A DNA stretch of 64,000 nucleotides from Trueperaceae bacterium. GTDB lineage: Bacteria; Deinococcota; Deinococci; Deinococcales; Trueperaceae. The notes beneath the pieces were generated by a model, which saw only the letters and a list, made by a program, of their open reading frames with translations, was not told the origin of the DNA and searched no databases. A program made the translations under genes and the position numbers. The stretch is from assembly GCA_034521815.1 (NCBI GenBank), contig JAXHLW010000013.1:1504001-1568000 (forward strand), read 5' to 3'. Positions 10,035-19,222 of this stretch are shown piece after piece. How positions within the stretch are numbered: the first letter of the stretch is position 1; the number at the start of each line of letters is the position of its first letter.

Positions 10035-10922
10035 TCACCCCACCTCCCCCACCAGCTCCTCCCGCAGCCGCAGCATCTCGTCCCTCGCCTCGTCCGACAC
10101 GCGCGGGTACGCGATCGGCAACCGACGCATCGTGTCGTGCACGATCTCGCCCACGACGCGGCGCATGTAGCGCTTGTCGTCCGCCGGCACCGCGAACCAC
10201 GGCGCCCACGGACGCGAGGTAGCGCGCAGCGCCTCCTGGTAGGCATGTTGATACGCGTCCCAATGACCGCGATCACGCACGTCGCCGGTAGAGAACTTCC
10301 AGTTCTTCTCGGGCTCGTCGATTCGATCCAAGAAACGCCGCGCCTGCTCCTGCTTCGAAAGATGCAGGAAGAACTTGACGATCACCGTGCCCTCACGCGC
10401 CAGGTGCTGCTCGTACGACGCCATGCTGGCCAGACGCTCGTCCCACACGGTGGCAGGATCCACACCGGGAAGACGCTGCTTCGCAAGGATCGAAGGATGC
10501 ACCCTGACCACCAGCGCCTCCTCGTAATGACTGCGATTGAACACGCCGATCCGGCCACGCTGCGGCAGCGCGCGCGCGATGCGCCATAGGAAATCGTGGT
10601 CCAGCTCGGCCCGAGAGGGCTGCTCGAACGACGTGACCTGGCAACCGGCCGGGTTCACACCGCGCAGCACGTGGCGAATGGTGCCGTCCTTGCCGGCCGC
10701 GTCCATCGCCTGGAACACCAGCAGGACGGCGAACCGGTCGTCGGCGTACAGCTGCCGCTGCAGATCGCGCAGCCTCTTGCGCACCTTCCCCAGCGCCTTC
10801 CCGTTCGCCTTGCGGTCGGGGGCGTCCTCCGGCGGCGCCGTCGCCGCGTCCGCCAACACGAACGAGCCATCGAACGGAACGCGGAACGGGCTGTCGGTCG
10901 GCGAGATCCAAGCCTCTTCCAT
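10035..10922 (-). CDS. ppk2: Polyphosphate kinase 2 family (class III-like)
   Basis: Walker A '[13 protein letters not shown]', 'FNRSHYEE', 'KNWKFS', 'APWFAVPADDK'. Confidence 0.93.
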   Translation of the reverse strand: MEEAWISPTDSPFRVPFDGSFVLADAATAPPEDAPDRKANGKALGKVRKRLRDLQRQLYADDRFAVLLVFQAMDAAGKDGTIRHVLRGVNPAGCQVTSFEQPSRAELDHDFLWRIARALPQRGRIGVFNRSHYEEALVVRVHPSILAKQRLPGVDPATVWDERLASMASYEQHLAREGTVIVKFFLHLSKQEQARRFLDRIDEPEKNWKFSTGDVRDRGHWDAYQHAYQEALRATSRPWAPWFAVPADDKRYMRRVVGEIVHDTMRRLPIAYPRVSDEARDEMLRLREELVGEVG

Positions 10923-11090
10923 GGGACAGGGTACCGGCTCGGGTCCTCACGCACGAAGCTGCATCGAGGCGCACGAGGCATCCTGCCCCGACCTCGGCCG
11001 TGCTATGAAGATTCGTAGCACTGCAATTTCATGCCCGCCATCCGGCCAGCGCCATCCAAACCTGGCGGGTCGGGGCGAGAGGACGCGACC

Positions 11091-11216
11091 GTGGACGTAC
11101 GCCAACCAGCCGAGGCAGGCAAGGCATTCGAGAAGCTGTTCGCCGCAGACGACCTCGACGGTCTGATGGAGCTGTACGAACCCGATGCCGTCCTCTACCC
11201 ACGCCCGCGCACATGA
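11091..11216 (+). pseudogene. N-terminal stub of a SnoaL/NTF2-like protein
   Basis: 'VDVRQPAEAGKAFEKLFAADDLDGLMELYEPDAVLYP' then stop; about one third of the domain. Confidence 0.6.
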
Positions 11217-11235
11217 TGGCTGGGAGGCTGGCTTC

Positions 11236-11640
11236 GTGAGTACACGGACGTGGCTGGCAGTCGCCTGCATCTCGTTGACCAGCACCATCGCGTCCGCCGA
11301 ACACGAGAACGACGCCCTCGTAGAACGCGGACGGGAAGCCTACGTCGAGCACTACTGCGGAGCGTGTCATCGCCTCGACGCGGTCGGGTCGGCGGGGATC
11401 TTCGGCCCCCCGCACGACGACGCAGGGCGCGTGGCGCAGGAGCGTGCGGAGGACCCGGCGACCGTAGGACGCTGGCCCGACGCGCGCGCCTACATACGGG
11501 AGTCGATCGAGATGCCCTCGGCGTACCTCGTCCCCGAGTACGCGGGCTATCGCCATGCCATGCCCGCGTACGACCTCAGCGACGACATCCTCGAAGCGCT
11601 CGTCGAGTTCTTGATGGCGCAGCATGCAGTCGCCGAATGA
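11236..11640 (+). CDS. Exported monoheme cytochrome c
   Basis: Signal-like N-terminus, CGACH heme motif, 'YIRESI..P', distal 'AMPAY'. Confidence 0.85.
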   Translation: MSTRTWLAVACISLTSTIASAEHENDALVERGREAYVEHYCGACHRLDAVGSAGIFGPPHDDAGRVAQERAEDPATVGRWPDARAYIRESIEMPSAYLVPEYAGYRHAMPAYDLSDDILEALVEFLMAQHAVAE

Positions 11641-11771
11641 AAGGGCGGGGAGGGGGAGATGAGCCGGATCGGTTCGTGAACGTATCGGACGGGGCGCCCT
11701 TCGCCCCAGGGCTGCCGCTCACGACCGTGATCCGGTTCGTGGTGGCGTGAGGGAACACGAGAGGAACGACG

Positions 11772-12848
11772 ATGATGATGCACAAGTGGATGTTGGCGTG
11801 TCTGATGGCGGTGATGGGTGTGGCCGTGGCTCAAGAGGTCGTGATCGACGGCCTCAACAACCCGATGGGCCTTCTGGTCACGCCCGACGGCACGATCTGG
11901 GTGGTCGACGCTGGCCATGGGGGTGATCAGGAGATCCAGACGCCGGACCCCCAGACCGGTGAGACCATCACCGCGACGGTCGGCATGACGTCGGCCGTGG
12001 TGTCGGTCGCCCCCGACGGTACGCGCACGGTGCGGGCGATGTTGCCCTCGGTCGCCTTGCCGATGGAGAACAGCGGCGGATCGCGTCTCGCAAGACTGGG
12101 CACGCACGTGTACGCCACGAGCGGCGGCTGGTTCGGTGACCTCGGTCCGGAGCCGATGCCGATGATGGCGTCGATCGTCCGCGTCGACACCGACGAACCG
12201 CAAGAAACCACCAGCACCTGGACCATCGAGGCGGAACAGAACCCCGACGGCTACATCCTCGAGAGCCATCCGTACGGCATCGTCGGCGGGTCCGACGGCA
12301 TGCTGTACGTGGCGGACGCCGGCGCGAACACGCTCCTGCGCGTGAACCCGAGGAACGGCGACGTCACGGTACTCGCGGTCTTCGAGGGTGTCCCCGGCCC
12401 GTTCCCCAACCCCGCACGCGGCGGCGCCATGGAGGCCGACCCCGTTCCGACCGGCATCACCCAGGGCTCGGACGGCACGCTCTACGTCGCGCTCCTGCCG
12501 GGCTTCCCCTTCCTTCCCGGTTCCGCGGGCGTCAGCCGCGTGACCCTCGATGGCGAGGTCACGCCTATCACCGATGGCCTCACGATGGTCACCGACCTTC
12601 AGCTCGCACCCGACGGCCACCTCTACGCCGTCACGCTGGCCGTGTTCACGGAGACGGGTCCGACGCCCATGAGCGGCGCCGTCACGCGCGTCGGCATGGA
12701 CGGCGACACCGCGGTCGTGCTCGACGGGCTCATGTTCCCCACCGCCATCGCCTTCGGCGCCAACGGCGACGCTTACGTCACCGTCAACGGTCTCGGCGCG
12801 CCCGGCACCGGCCAGGTACTGCGCTACGAGGGACTGGGCGCTCGCTGA
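11772..12848 (+). CDS. ScyD/ScyE family secreted beta-propeller protein
   Basis: Signal peptide, 'GLNNPMGL', 'ESHPYG', 'YVADAGAN', 'DPVPTG', 'GFPF'. Confidence 0.85.
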   Translation: MMMHKWMLACLMAVMGVAVAQEVVIDGLNNPMGLLVTPDGTIWVVDAGHGGDQEIQTPDPQTGETITATVGMTSAVVSVAPDGTRTVRAMLPSVALPMENSGGSRLARLGTHVYATSGGWFGDLGPEPMPMMASIVRVDTDEPQETTSTWTIEAEQNPDGYILESHPYGIVGGSDGMLYVADAGANTLLRVNPRNGDVTVLAVFEGVPGPFPNPARGGAMEADPVPTGITQGSDGTLYVALLPGFPFLPGSAGVSRVTLDGEVTPITDGLTMVTDLQLAPDGHLYAVTLAVFTETGPTPMSGAVTRVGMDGDTAVVLDGLMFPTAIAFGANGDAYVTVNGLGAPGTGQVLRYEGLGAR

Positions 12849-12997
12849 AGCAGGTCCGAGACCTCGCCGTCGCGCTCGTGGCGGCGGCGAGGACGAGGGG
12901 GCGGGCAGCGCTGCTCGCCCCGCGTCGTGGGTTCGATGCGTTCTCCAATCTTGGGCTCTTCAGTTCCATTCCCACGATTCGCAATCGAGGAGAAGAC

Positions 12998-13771
12998 ATG
13001 GCGACGATCGTCCGCAACGGAACGAAGCTGGCGTACGAAGATCGAGGCGCAGGCGCACCAACCTTCGTGTTTCTACACGGTTGGACGTGCGATCGGTCGT
13101 TCTTCGCCCCGCAAGCTGCGCACTTCGCGCGACTCCACCGCGTCGTCTCCGTCGACCTGCGCGGGCACGGTCAGAGCGACAAGCCCGAGGGGCCGTATCC
13201 CATCGCAACATACGCCGACGACATTGCGCACATCATCGATCAGCTCGATCTCGGCAAGGTCGTGGCAGTGGGTCACAGCATGGGGGGTACTACGGCCCTG
13301 CAGTTGGCCGCCGCCTACCCAGAACACGTGGCCGCGATCGTCATGGTGGATCCAGGAGCATTCGTCTTGCCACCCGAAATACGAGCACGCCTCGAAGGGA
13401 TCTTGACGGCGATCGAGGCTGGCAATCAGGAACCTCGCCAACGGGCCATCGCGAACGGCATGTTTCTGCCCACCTCCGATCGACAGCTGGTGGAGGACGT
13501 ACTGAAGGTGATGATGACGGCGCCGAGTCATGTCGCCGTCAGCGCCATGCGAGGGGTCATGGAGTTCGCTGGCCCGACCGTAGCGGCACAGTGCAAGGTC
13601 CCCGCGCTGCACCTGGCGAACGCGCAGCACCGCAATCCACCGCACCTCATGTCGGAGTGGTTACCGGGCGTCGTCCATGGTTGGACCGTCGGAGGAGGCC
13701 ACTTCAGCCAGCTCGAGGTACCGGACCAGGTGAACGCGATGATAGAGGGCTTCCTGCGCCATTACGTCTGA
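12998..13771 (+). CDS. Alpha/beta hydrolase
   Basis: 'FLHGW', 'DLRGHGQS', GHSMG nucleophile elbow, 'GHFSQLEVP'. Confidence 0.92.
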   Translation: MATIVRNGTKLAYEDRGAGAPTFVFLHGWTCDRSFFAPQAAHFARLHRVVSVDLRGHGQSDKPEGPYPIATYADDIAHIIDQLDLGKVVAVGHSMGGTTALQLAAAYPEHVAAIVMVDPGAFVLPPEIRARLEGILTAIEAGNQEPRQRAIANGMFLPTSDRQLVEDVLKVMMTAPSHVAVSAMRGVMEFAGPTVAAQCKVPALHLANAQHRNPPHLMSEWLPGVVHGWTVGGGHFSQLEVPDQVNAMIEGFLRHYV

Positions 13772-13797
13772 ACCTGTCCAGGCAGATGACGTTCGTA

Positions 13798-13945
13798 GCG
13801 TGCCGTCGGCTGCTCGAGTCCAGCAACATTCGATCAATGTGCCTGTCCCGGTCCTCGTCGAGGTGCAGGCCTGGGCGCAAGAGCGCCTGTGCACGGGCGC
13901 GTGGCTCACGCTTGTCGACGACGTCGGACGCCGGCGCGTCCGCGA
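13798..13945 (+). pseudogene. Degenerate internal copy of the vapC gene at about 5385-5530
   Basis: Shared blocks TGCCGTCGGCTGCTCGA, CCCGGTCCTCGTCGA, TGGCTC and TCGACGAC; encodes 'VPVPVLVEVQAWAQERLCTGAWLTLVDD' versus 'VPAPVLVEVEYWTHRRLGTGAWLALLDD'. Confidence 0.75.
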
Positions 13946-14004
13946 ACGCTGCACGGTCCGGGATGCCCATTTGCAGGCGGTGGGGTCGAGGAACGCAACC
14001 GTTC

Positions 14005-14112
14005 TGACTGAACCCCGGTCTTCGTTCCGGTCATGGTGTGGTGGGTTCCATCGTCAGGCTACCTGACGGCGTGAACTGGTCGAGGACGTCGATCGGTGTC
14101 TTGTCTCCGAGC
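14005..14112 (-). mobile_element. IS3-family right-end remnant
   Basis: Minus strand encodes 'LGDKTP...*' (like the integrase-core C-terminal LGxxTP) then ends ...CCGGGGTTCAGTCA (terminal CA; IR TGACTGAACCCCGG). Confidence 0.5.
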
Positions 14113-14155
14113 GCGCCGCGGGGGCGGGGGGGTCAGCGACCCTGGTCGCCGGGCG

Positions 14156-15145
14156 TCACCCCGATCCGACCCCTCGCGCCCGCTCGACCAGCGCCCAGAA
14201 GCCCGACGCGGGTCGCGCTCCTCGTTCCGCGGCCAGCGCTCGGCGCGCCGCCTCGTCGAAACCCACGCGCGGCGGGTGATCGATGCGTGCCCAGAAGTCG
14301 TCGTCGCGCGCCAGCAGGTCCTCGGTGAGGCCGATCACCACCTCGCGGGCGACCGACCAGTCGGCGCGCGTCACCAGCCGGATCCACAGCGAGGACAAGC
14401 GCGGGCTCAAGAAGGGGACGTCGATGCTCAACGGCGCGCCCAAGCCCATCAGCACCGCGGTGCGGTCCAGGAACTCCTTGCCGGAGAGGATCTCGGGTCC
14501 CGGCACGTCGAACCAGGCGTTCGCCTCGATCGGCAGGTCCAGCGCCCGCACGAGCGCGACGACCACGTCGTCGATCGCCACGGGCTCCGTTCGCGAGCGG
14601 AGCCAGCGCGGCAGGATCATCACCGGCAGCCGCGCCGCCAGGTCGCGGACGATGAGCCAGCTCAGGCTGCCGTGACCCACGATCATGCTGGCGCGCAGCT
14701 CGATCGTGGGCACCGAGCCGGCCCGCAGCGTCTCGCCCACCTCGACCCGGCTCTGCAGATGCTCGGATCCCGGACCGGTGGGCGCCACGCCCCCCAGGTA
14801 CACGATCCGCTGGACCCCGGCCTCGGCCGCGACCTCAGCGAAGCCAGCGGCGGCCGCGACCTCGCGCTCGTGGTAGCCGGCGCCTTCGCGGATGCCGTGC
14901 ACCAGGTACAGAGCCGCGTGCGCGCCCTCGAGCGCGCTGGCCATCGAATCACGGTCCGCGACGTCGCCCTCGAGCCAGTCGAGGCCGGGCGCGTGCTGGG
15001 CCGCTCGTGCGGCGTTACGCGTGAGGGCACGAACGTGCCACCCGGCCGCTTCCAGAGCTGGTCGTACCGCCCCGCCGACGAAGCCGGCCGCGCCGGTGAG
15101 CAAGATGGTGCGCTCCTGCCCGGGCGCGGCCACCACGGGCGTCAC
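14156..15145 (-). CDS. Atypical SDR / NAD(P)H-binding epimerase-dehydratase family
   Basis: 'LTGAAGFVG', 'YLVHG', 'SEHLQSR', 'LRASMIVGHGSLSW'. Confidence 0.88.
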   Translation of the reverse strand: MTPVVAAPGQERTILLTGAAGFVGGAVRPALEAAGWHVRALTRNAARAAQHAPGLDWLEGDVADRDSMASALEGAHAALYLVHGIREGAGYHEREVAAAAGFAEVAAEAGVQRIVYLGGVAPTGPGSEHLQSRVEVGETLRAGSVPTIELRASMIVGHGSLSWLIVRDLAARLPVMILPRWLRSRTEPVAIDDVVVALVRALDLPIEANAWFDVPGPEILSGKEFLDRTAVLMGLGAPLSIDVPFLSPRLSSLWIRLVTRADWSVAREVVIGLTEDLLARDDDFWARIDHPPRVGFDEAARRALAAERGARPASGFWALVERARGVGSG

Positions 15146-15276
15146 GAACCCTCGGACGACGCGTCCGCGTCGTTCGGGACCGTCACGTCGAACTCACCAC
15201 GCTTGGCCAGGTAGGGCGCGGTCGCGACGCGGACGCCGGAGTTGCTACCGATGACGAGCTCGGGTCGAGGAGGCAT
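15142..15276 (-). CDS. Putative leaderless 44-aa small ORF coupled to the SDR gene
   Basis: TACACT-N5-ATG; stop overlaps the downstream start (GTGA). Confidence 0.4.
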   Translation of the reverse strand: MPPRPELVIGSNSGVRVATAPYLAKRGEFDVTVPNDADASSEGS

Positions 15277-15301
15277 ACCCGAGTGTAGAGGACGGGCGAT
15301 C

Positions 15302-15345
15302 GGCACGACCGTACGCACCGACGTCTCGAGCCCTCCCCCGCTCTC
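15302..15345 (+). repeat. 44-bp direct repeat, copy 1 (copy 2 at 22695-22738)
   Basis: GGCACGACCGT(A/G)CGCACCGACGTCTCGAGCCCTCCCCCGCTCTC, one mismatch. Confidence 0.95.
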
Positions 15346-15392
15346 ACGCCAGCTCCGGAGCACGATCCCGCGCTTCGACGTCCGCTTTCAGA

Positions 15393-15429
15393 CGGCGTCG
15401 GCATCGCCCCGGGGGCGATGCTGACGCCG
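15393..15429. repeat. 37-bp near-perfect palindrome
   Basis: CGGCGTCGGCATCGCCCC-G-GGGGCGATGCTGACGCCG; 17 of 18 Watson-Crick pairs plus one G-T. Confidence 0.85.
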
Positions 15430-15487
15430 GAACACGGCCGCGCCCCGCGCGCGGCGAACGCGACCCCACCACGAAGGAGCCCTCACC

Positions 15488-16927
15488 ATGACCGACGCCA
15501 CCCCGCACGACGACGCCACCCGTGATCCGACCCCCACCACGCCTAGCGACACCGAGATCGAACGCTTCGACCACGTCCTGGTCGGCACCGGCCAGGCCAC
15601 CGGCACGCTCCTCGCCGGGCTCCCCGACGACGCCACCATCGCCGTGATCGAGGGCCACCACGTCGGCGGAACGTGCGTCAACGACGGCTGCACGCCCACC
15701 AAGACGCTGATCGCCAGCGCCAAGGTGGCGCGCCAGGCGCGCCGCGGCGCCGAGTACGGCGTGCAGGTCGGCGACGTGTCGGTCGACTTCGGCGCCGTGA
15801 TGGAGCGGGTGAACCGCATCCGCCACGGCGGCCGCGACGGGCTCACGAAGATGCTCGAGAGCGACCCGCGCATCACCTTCATCCGAGGCTGGGCCGCCTT
15901 CGAGGCGCCCCGCACGCTGCGGGTCGCAGGCCGCCTCGTCGCCGGCGAGCACGTGCACCTCAACGTCGGCGCGCGCGCCCGGGTGCCGGACCTGCCGGGC
16001 CTCGACCGCGTGCCCTGGCTGGACAACGCCCGCCTCCTCCAGCTCGACGAGGCGCCCGAGCACCTGGTGATCGTGGGCGGGTCGTACATCGGCCTGGAGA
16101 TGGCGCAGGCGTTCCACCGCCTCGGATCGCGCGTGACCGTCCTGGAGGGCGGCCCGCAGCTGATGGGCCGCGAGGACGCCGACGTCGCCGACGCGGCACG
16201 CGAGCTGCTCGAGGACGAGGGCATCGACATCGTCCTGAACGCGAAGCTCGAGGCCGTGACCGAGGCGGCGGACGGGATCGAGGTCCGCGCGGACGGTCGC
16301 GTCGTTCGCGGCTCGCACCTGCTGCTGGCCGTCGGGCGGGTGCCGAACAGCGACCGGCTGAACCTGGCCGCCGCCGGCGTCGAAACGGACGAGCGCGGCT
16401 ACGTGCAGGTCGATGACCGCTGCCGCACCACCGCGGACGGCGTGTGGGCGCTGGGCGACGTGAACGGACGCGGAGCCTTCACGCACACCTCCGTCAACGA
16501 CGCCGAGATCGTCCTCGACGCGCTCCAAGGCGGACCGCGCCACCTCGGCGAGCGCGACACGGTCTACGCGATGTTCATCGATCCGCCGCTCGGTCGGGTC
16601 GGCATGACGGAGAAGGAAGCGCTCGCGAAGGGGCACCGCATCCGCGTCGCGACGCGTGCCATGAAGCGCATCGCTCGCGCCAAGGAGTTCGGCGAGACCG
16701 AGGGGCTGATCAAGCTGATCGTCGATGCGGACCGGGACCGCTTCCTCGGCGTCGCGGCGCTGGGCCTGTACGGCGACGAGATCGCCAACCTGTTCGCCGT
16801 CGCGATGCACGGGGGCGTGGACGTGTCCACGTTCCGCCGCACGGTCCTGATCCACCCCACCGTCGGGGAGCTGCTGCCGTGGATCCTCGACGATCTCGGA
16901 CCCGTCCAGGAGGGCGCGGCCGCGTAG
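15488..16927 (+). CDS. Class-I pyridine nucleotide-disulfide oxidoreductase (mercuric-reductase-like / RclA-like)
   Basis: GGTCVNDGCTPTK redox disulfide, 'GGSYIGLE', 'ALGDVNG', 'IHPTVGE'; no HMA domain or C-terminal Cys pair. Confidence 0.9.
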   Translation: MTDATPHDDATRDPTPTTPSDTEIERFDHVLVGTGQATGTLLAGLPDDATIAVIEGHHVGGTCVNDGCTPTKTLIASAKVARQARRGAEYGVQVGDVSVDFGAVMERVNRIRHGGRDGLTKMLESDPRITFIRGWAAFEAPRTLRVAGRLVAGEHVHLNVGARARVPDLPGLDRVPWLDNARLLQLDEAPEHLVIVGGSYIGLEMAQAFHRLGSRVTVLEGGPQLMGREDADVADAARELLEDEGIDIVLNAKLEAVTEAADGIEVRADGRVVRGSHLLLAVGRVPNSDRLNLAAAGVETDERGYVQVDDRCRTTADGVWALGDVNGRGAFTHTSVNDAEIVLDALQGGPRHLGERDTVYAMFIDPPLGRVGMTEKEALAKGHRIRVATRAMKRIARAKEFGETEGLIKLIVDADRDRFLGVAALGLYGDEIANLFAVAMHGGVDVSTFRRTVLIHPTVGELLPWILDDLGPVQEGAAA

Positions 16928-16997
16928 GCCGTCCGATTCGAGCCCGCGAGCGTTCGGGCTCGACCCCGGCGCTTCCCGCACGGCCCGCCCTCGGAGC

Positions 16998-18479
16998 TCA
17001 GAGGGCGGGCCGGCCCCGCCAACGCCAGCGCAGGTAGGCGCCCGCCTCGCGGTGCAGGCGCGGCAGGCTCGAGAACACGAACGCGTCCGCGGCCTTGCGG
17101 ATCGCCTCGCCCAGCGCGGGGTAGGGCACCTCCAGCCGCGACAGCCGCCACAGCGAGCTGCCCTGCCGCTGCGCCGCCGTCAGCAGCGGCATCATCTCGG
17201 CCGCGTCGGGCGCGACGACCGTCGCGGCCAACAGGCGGCCGCTGCCGCGCACCGCGACGAGCTGCACGAACCCGTCCCTCAGGCCCATCGTCCCGCCGCG
17301 GTCGGTATCCGCCAGCTCGACCCGGTGCACCGACAACAGCGCCTCCGGCCACCGCGTCCGCAGCTCCTCGACGGTGGGCCCTACCTGTCCGACCTCCGGC
17401 TCGGTGAACGCCACCGAGGCGTGGTCGCCCTCCGGCACCAGCGGGAGGGGCACCGTCAGGTAGCGCACCAGGCGCCGCGCCTGGGCGTGCGCGACGTGCG
17501 TGAAGCCACCGCCGATCAGATCGCCGATCGCGAAGACGCCCGGCGCGCGCGTCCGGTACGCCCGGTCGACCACGACGTGCCCGCGCTCATCGAGCGCGAC
17601 GCCGGCCTCCTCGAGACCGAGGTCGCCGCTGGCCGGACGACGCCCGACCGCGACGAGCACGCGGTCGACATGGTCGATCGCGGCGAGCGTCGGCGCCGGG
17701 TCGGTCCCGGCCGGCTCCAGCGACACCTGCCCGGTCCGCGGGTCGTACCCCGTCATCCGCACGCCGGTGCGGACCGTCACGCCGAGCGCAGCCAAGTGCT
17801 CGTGCACGACCGCTGCCGCGGCCTCCTCCGAGGCGGGCAGGATGCGGTCCGCCATCTCGACGACGCTGACGCGGCTGCCGAGGCGCGCGAAGGCGAACGC
17901 CATCTCGCAGCCGATCACGCCGCCGCCCATGACCACCAAGTGGGCGGGAGGCGAGGTCAGGTCGAACAGCGTGGCGTTCGTCAGGACCGTCGAGGTCGGC
18001 GTGTCGGCCCCGCCCAGCCCAGGGAGGGGCGGCACGACCGGTCGCGAGCCGGTGGCCAGCACCACGCGGCCGGCCCGCAGGCGCCGCGGCGGACCGGCCT
18101 CGGCCGTCACCAGCACCGTGCGGGCGCCGCGCTCGCCCGCCGTCAGCCGGGCCCGACCCCGCACCAGCTCGATCCCCTCGCTGTCCGCCAGCCAGCCTTC
18201 CTCGTGCTCGCGCACCGCGTCCCGCTGCCGCCGCGCCGCGGCCAGCGCCTCGCGTGCGGCCTGGTCGCGCTGCTCCGTCGGTAGATCGCCCACCCGCTGG
18301 GCCAGCTCGATCAGCGTCTTCGACGGGATGCAGCCCACGTTGGTGCAGTCGCCGCCGACCCGCTCCGCCTCGACCAGCGCGACCCGCCGGCCGAGGTTCG
18401 CCAGGCCCACCGCCACGGTGAGCCCCGCGGCGCCCGCGCCGATCACGACCGTGTGGAACCGTTCGATCTCCGTCGTCAC
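16998..18479 (-). CDS. Class-I pyridine nucleotide-disulfide oxidoreductase of the DedA/VTT-associated type
   Basis: GAGAAG, GGDCTNVGCIPSK, GGGVIGCE, 'AFTEPEV', 'VPYPALGE'; GTGA overlap with the VTT gene. Confidence 0.9.
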   Translation of the reverse strand: MTTEIERFHTVVIGAGAAGLTVAVGLANLGRRVALVEAERVGGDCTNVGCIPSKTLIELAQRVGDLPTEQRDQAAREALAAARRQRDAVREHEEGWLADSEGIELVRGRARLTAGERGARTVLVTAEAGPPRRLRAGRVVLATGSRPVVPPLPGLGGADTPTSTVLTNATLFDLTSPPAHLVVMGGGVIGCEMAFAFARLGSRVSVVEMADRILPASEEAAAAVVHEHLAALGVTVRTGVRMTGYDPRTGQVSLEPAGTDPAPTLAAIDHVDRVLVAVGRRPASGDLGLEEAGVALDERGHVVVDRAYRTRAPGVFAIGDLIGGGFTHVAHAQARRLVRYLTVPLPLVPEGDHASVAFTEPEVGQVGPTVEELRTRWPEALLSVHRVELADTDRGGTMGLRDGFVQLVAVRGSGRLLAATVVAPDAAEMMPLLTAAQRQGSSLWRLSRLEVPYPALGEAIRKAADAFVFSSLPRLHREAGAYLRWRWRGRPAL

Positions 18480-19222
18480 GTCAGCTCCGTTCCCGCGGCG
18501 GCGCGCCTGGCGGCGCGTCGGCGCCACAGGCGGGCGGCCAGCAGGCTCATCGCGAACAGCGCGCCGCTGGTCGCCAGCAGGGCGAGGTCGGGGGTCGGCA
18601 GGCGCCCGCTCCCGAGCGCCGACAGGTCGCCCAGGCCGGCGCCGAACAGCACGAACACGATCGTGCCCGGGAGCGAGCCGATCGCGGTCGCCGCCACGAA
18701 CGGCAACGGCCGCAGCCGCGTGGCGCCGGCCAGGTAGTTCACCGCGTCGTACGGCGCGAACAGGAAGCGCAGGGTCAGGACCGTCTCGAACGTGCGGCCG
18801 CGCAGGCGACCGGTCACGCCCGCCAGCCGCGGGTGCGCGAGGGCCGGGCCCGCCAGCTCGGCGCCCAGGCCGCGTCCCAGGCCGTAGGCCACCAGCGCGC
18901 TGACGTTCGCGCCCACGATCACCAGGGCCACGCCCGCCAGCGGACCGTACAGCACACCGCCGGCGACGCTCAGCAGCGAGGCCGAGAAGGCGACCAGCGG
19001 GCGCACCGCGTAGACCGCGAGGTAGGCCGCGGCGCCCAACGGATGCTGGCCCAGAAACGCGCCCAGCGCGACCAGCAGGTCCAGCGGCGTCCGGCCGGTC
19101 GCCAGCGCGGTGGCGGCGTACGACGCCAGGCCGACACCCCAGAGGAGCAGCGCCAGGCGTCGCAGCCTGCGCGGAACGTTCTGCCCGTCCGGCGCGTGCG
19201 GCGTTCCCACGCGCGGCCTCAC
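18476..19222 (-). CDS. TVP38/TMEM64 (VTT/DedA) membrane protein
   Basis: 'AGGVLYGP', 'LRFLFAPYDAVNYLAG', 'ATAIGSLPG'. Confidence 0.88.
   Translation of the reverse strand: MRPRVGTPHAPDGQNVPRRLRRLALLLWGVGLASYAATALATGRTPLDLLVALGAFLGQHPLGAAAYLAVYAVRPLVAFSASLLSVAGGVLYGPLAGVALVIVGANVSALVAYGLGRGLGAELAGPALAHPRLAGVTGRLRGRTFETVLTLRFLFAPYDAVNYLAGATRLRPLPFVAATAIGSLPGTIVFVLFGAGLGDLSALGSGRLPTPDLALLATSGALFAMSLLAARLWRRRAARRAAAGTELT

Noticed and set aside
11772-12848. Scytonemin biosynthesis
   Set aside because: Only a lone ScyD/ScyE-family gene; no scyABC
15488-18479. Mercury-resistance locus (merA)
   Set aside because: No HMA domain, no C-terminal Cys-Cys, no merR/T/P
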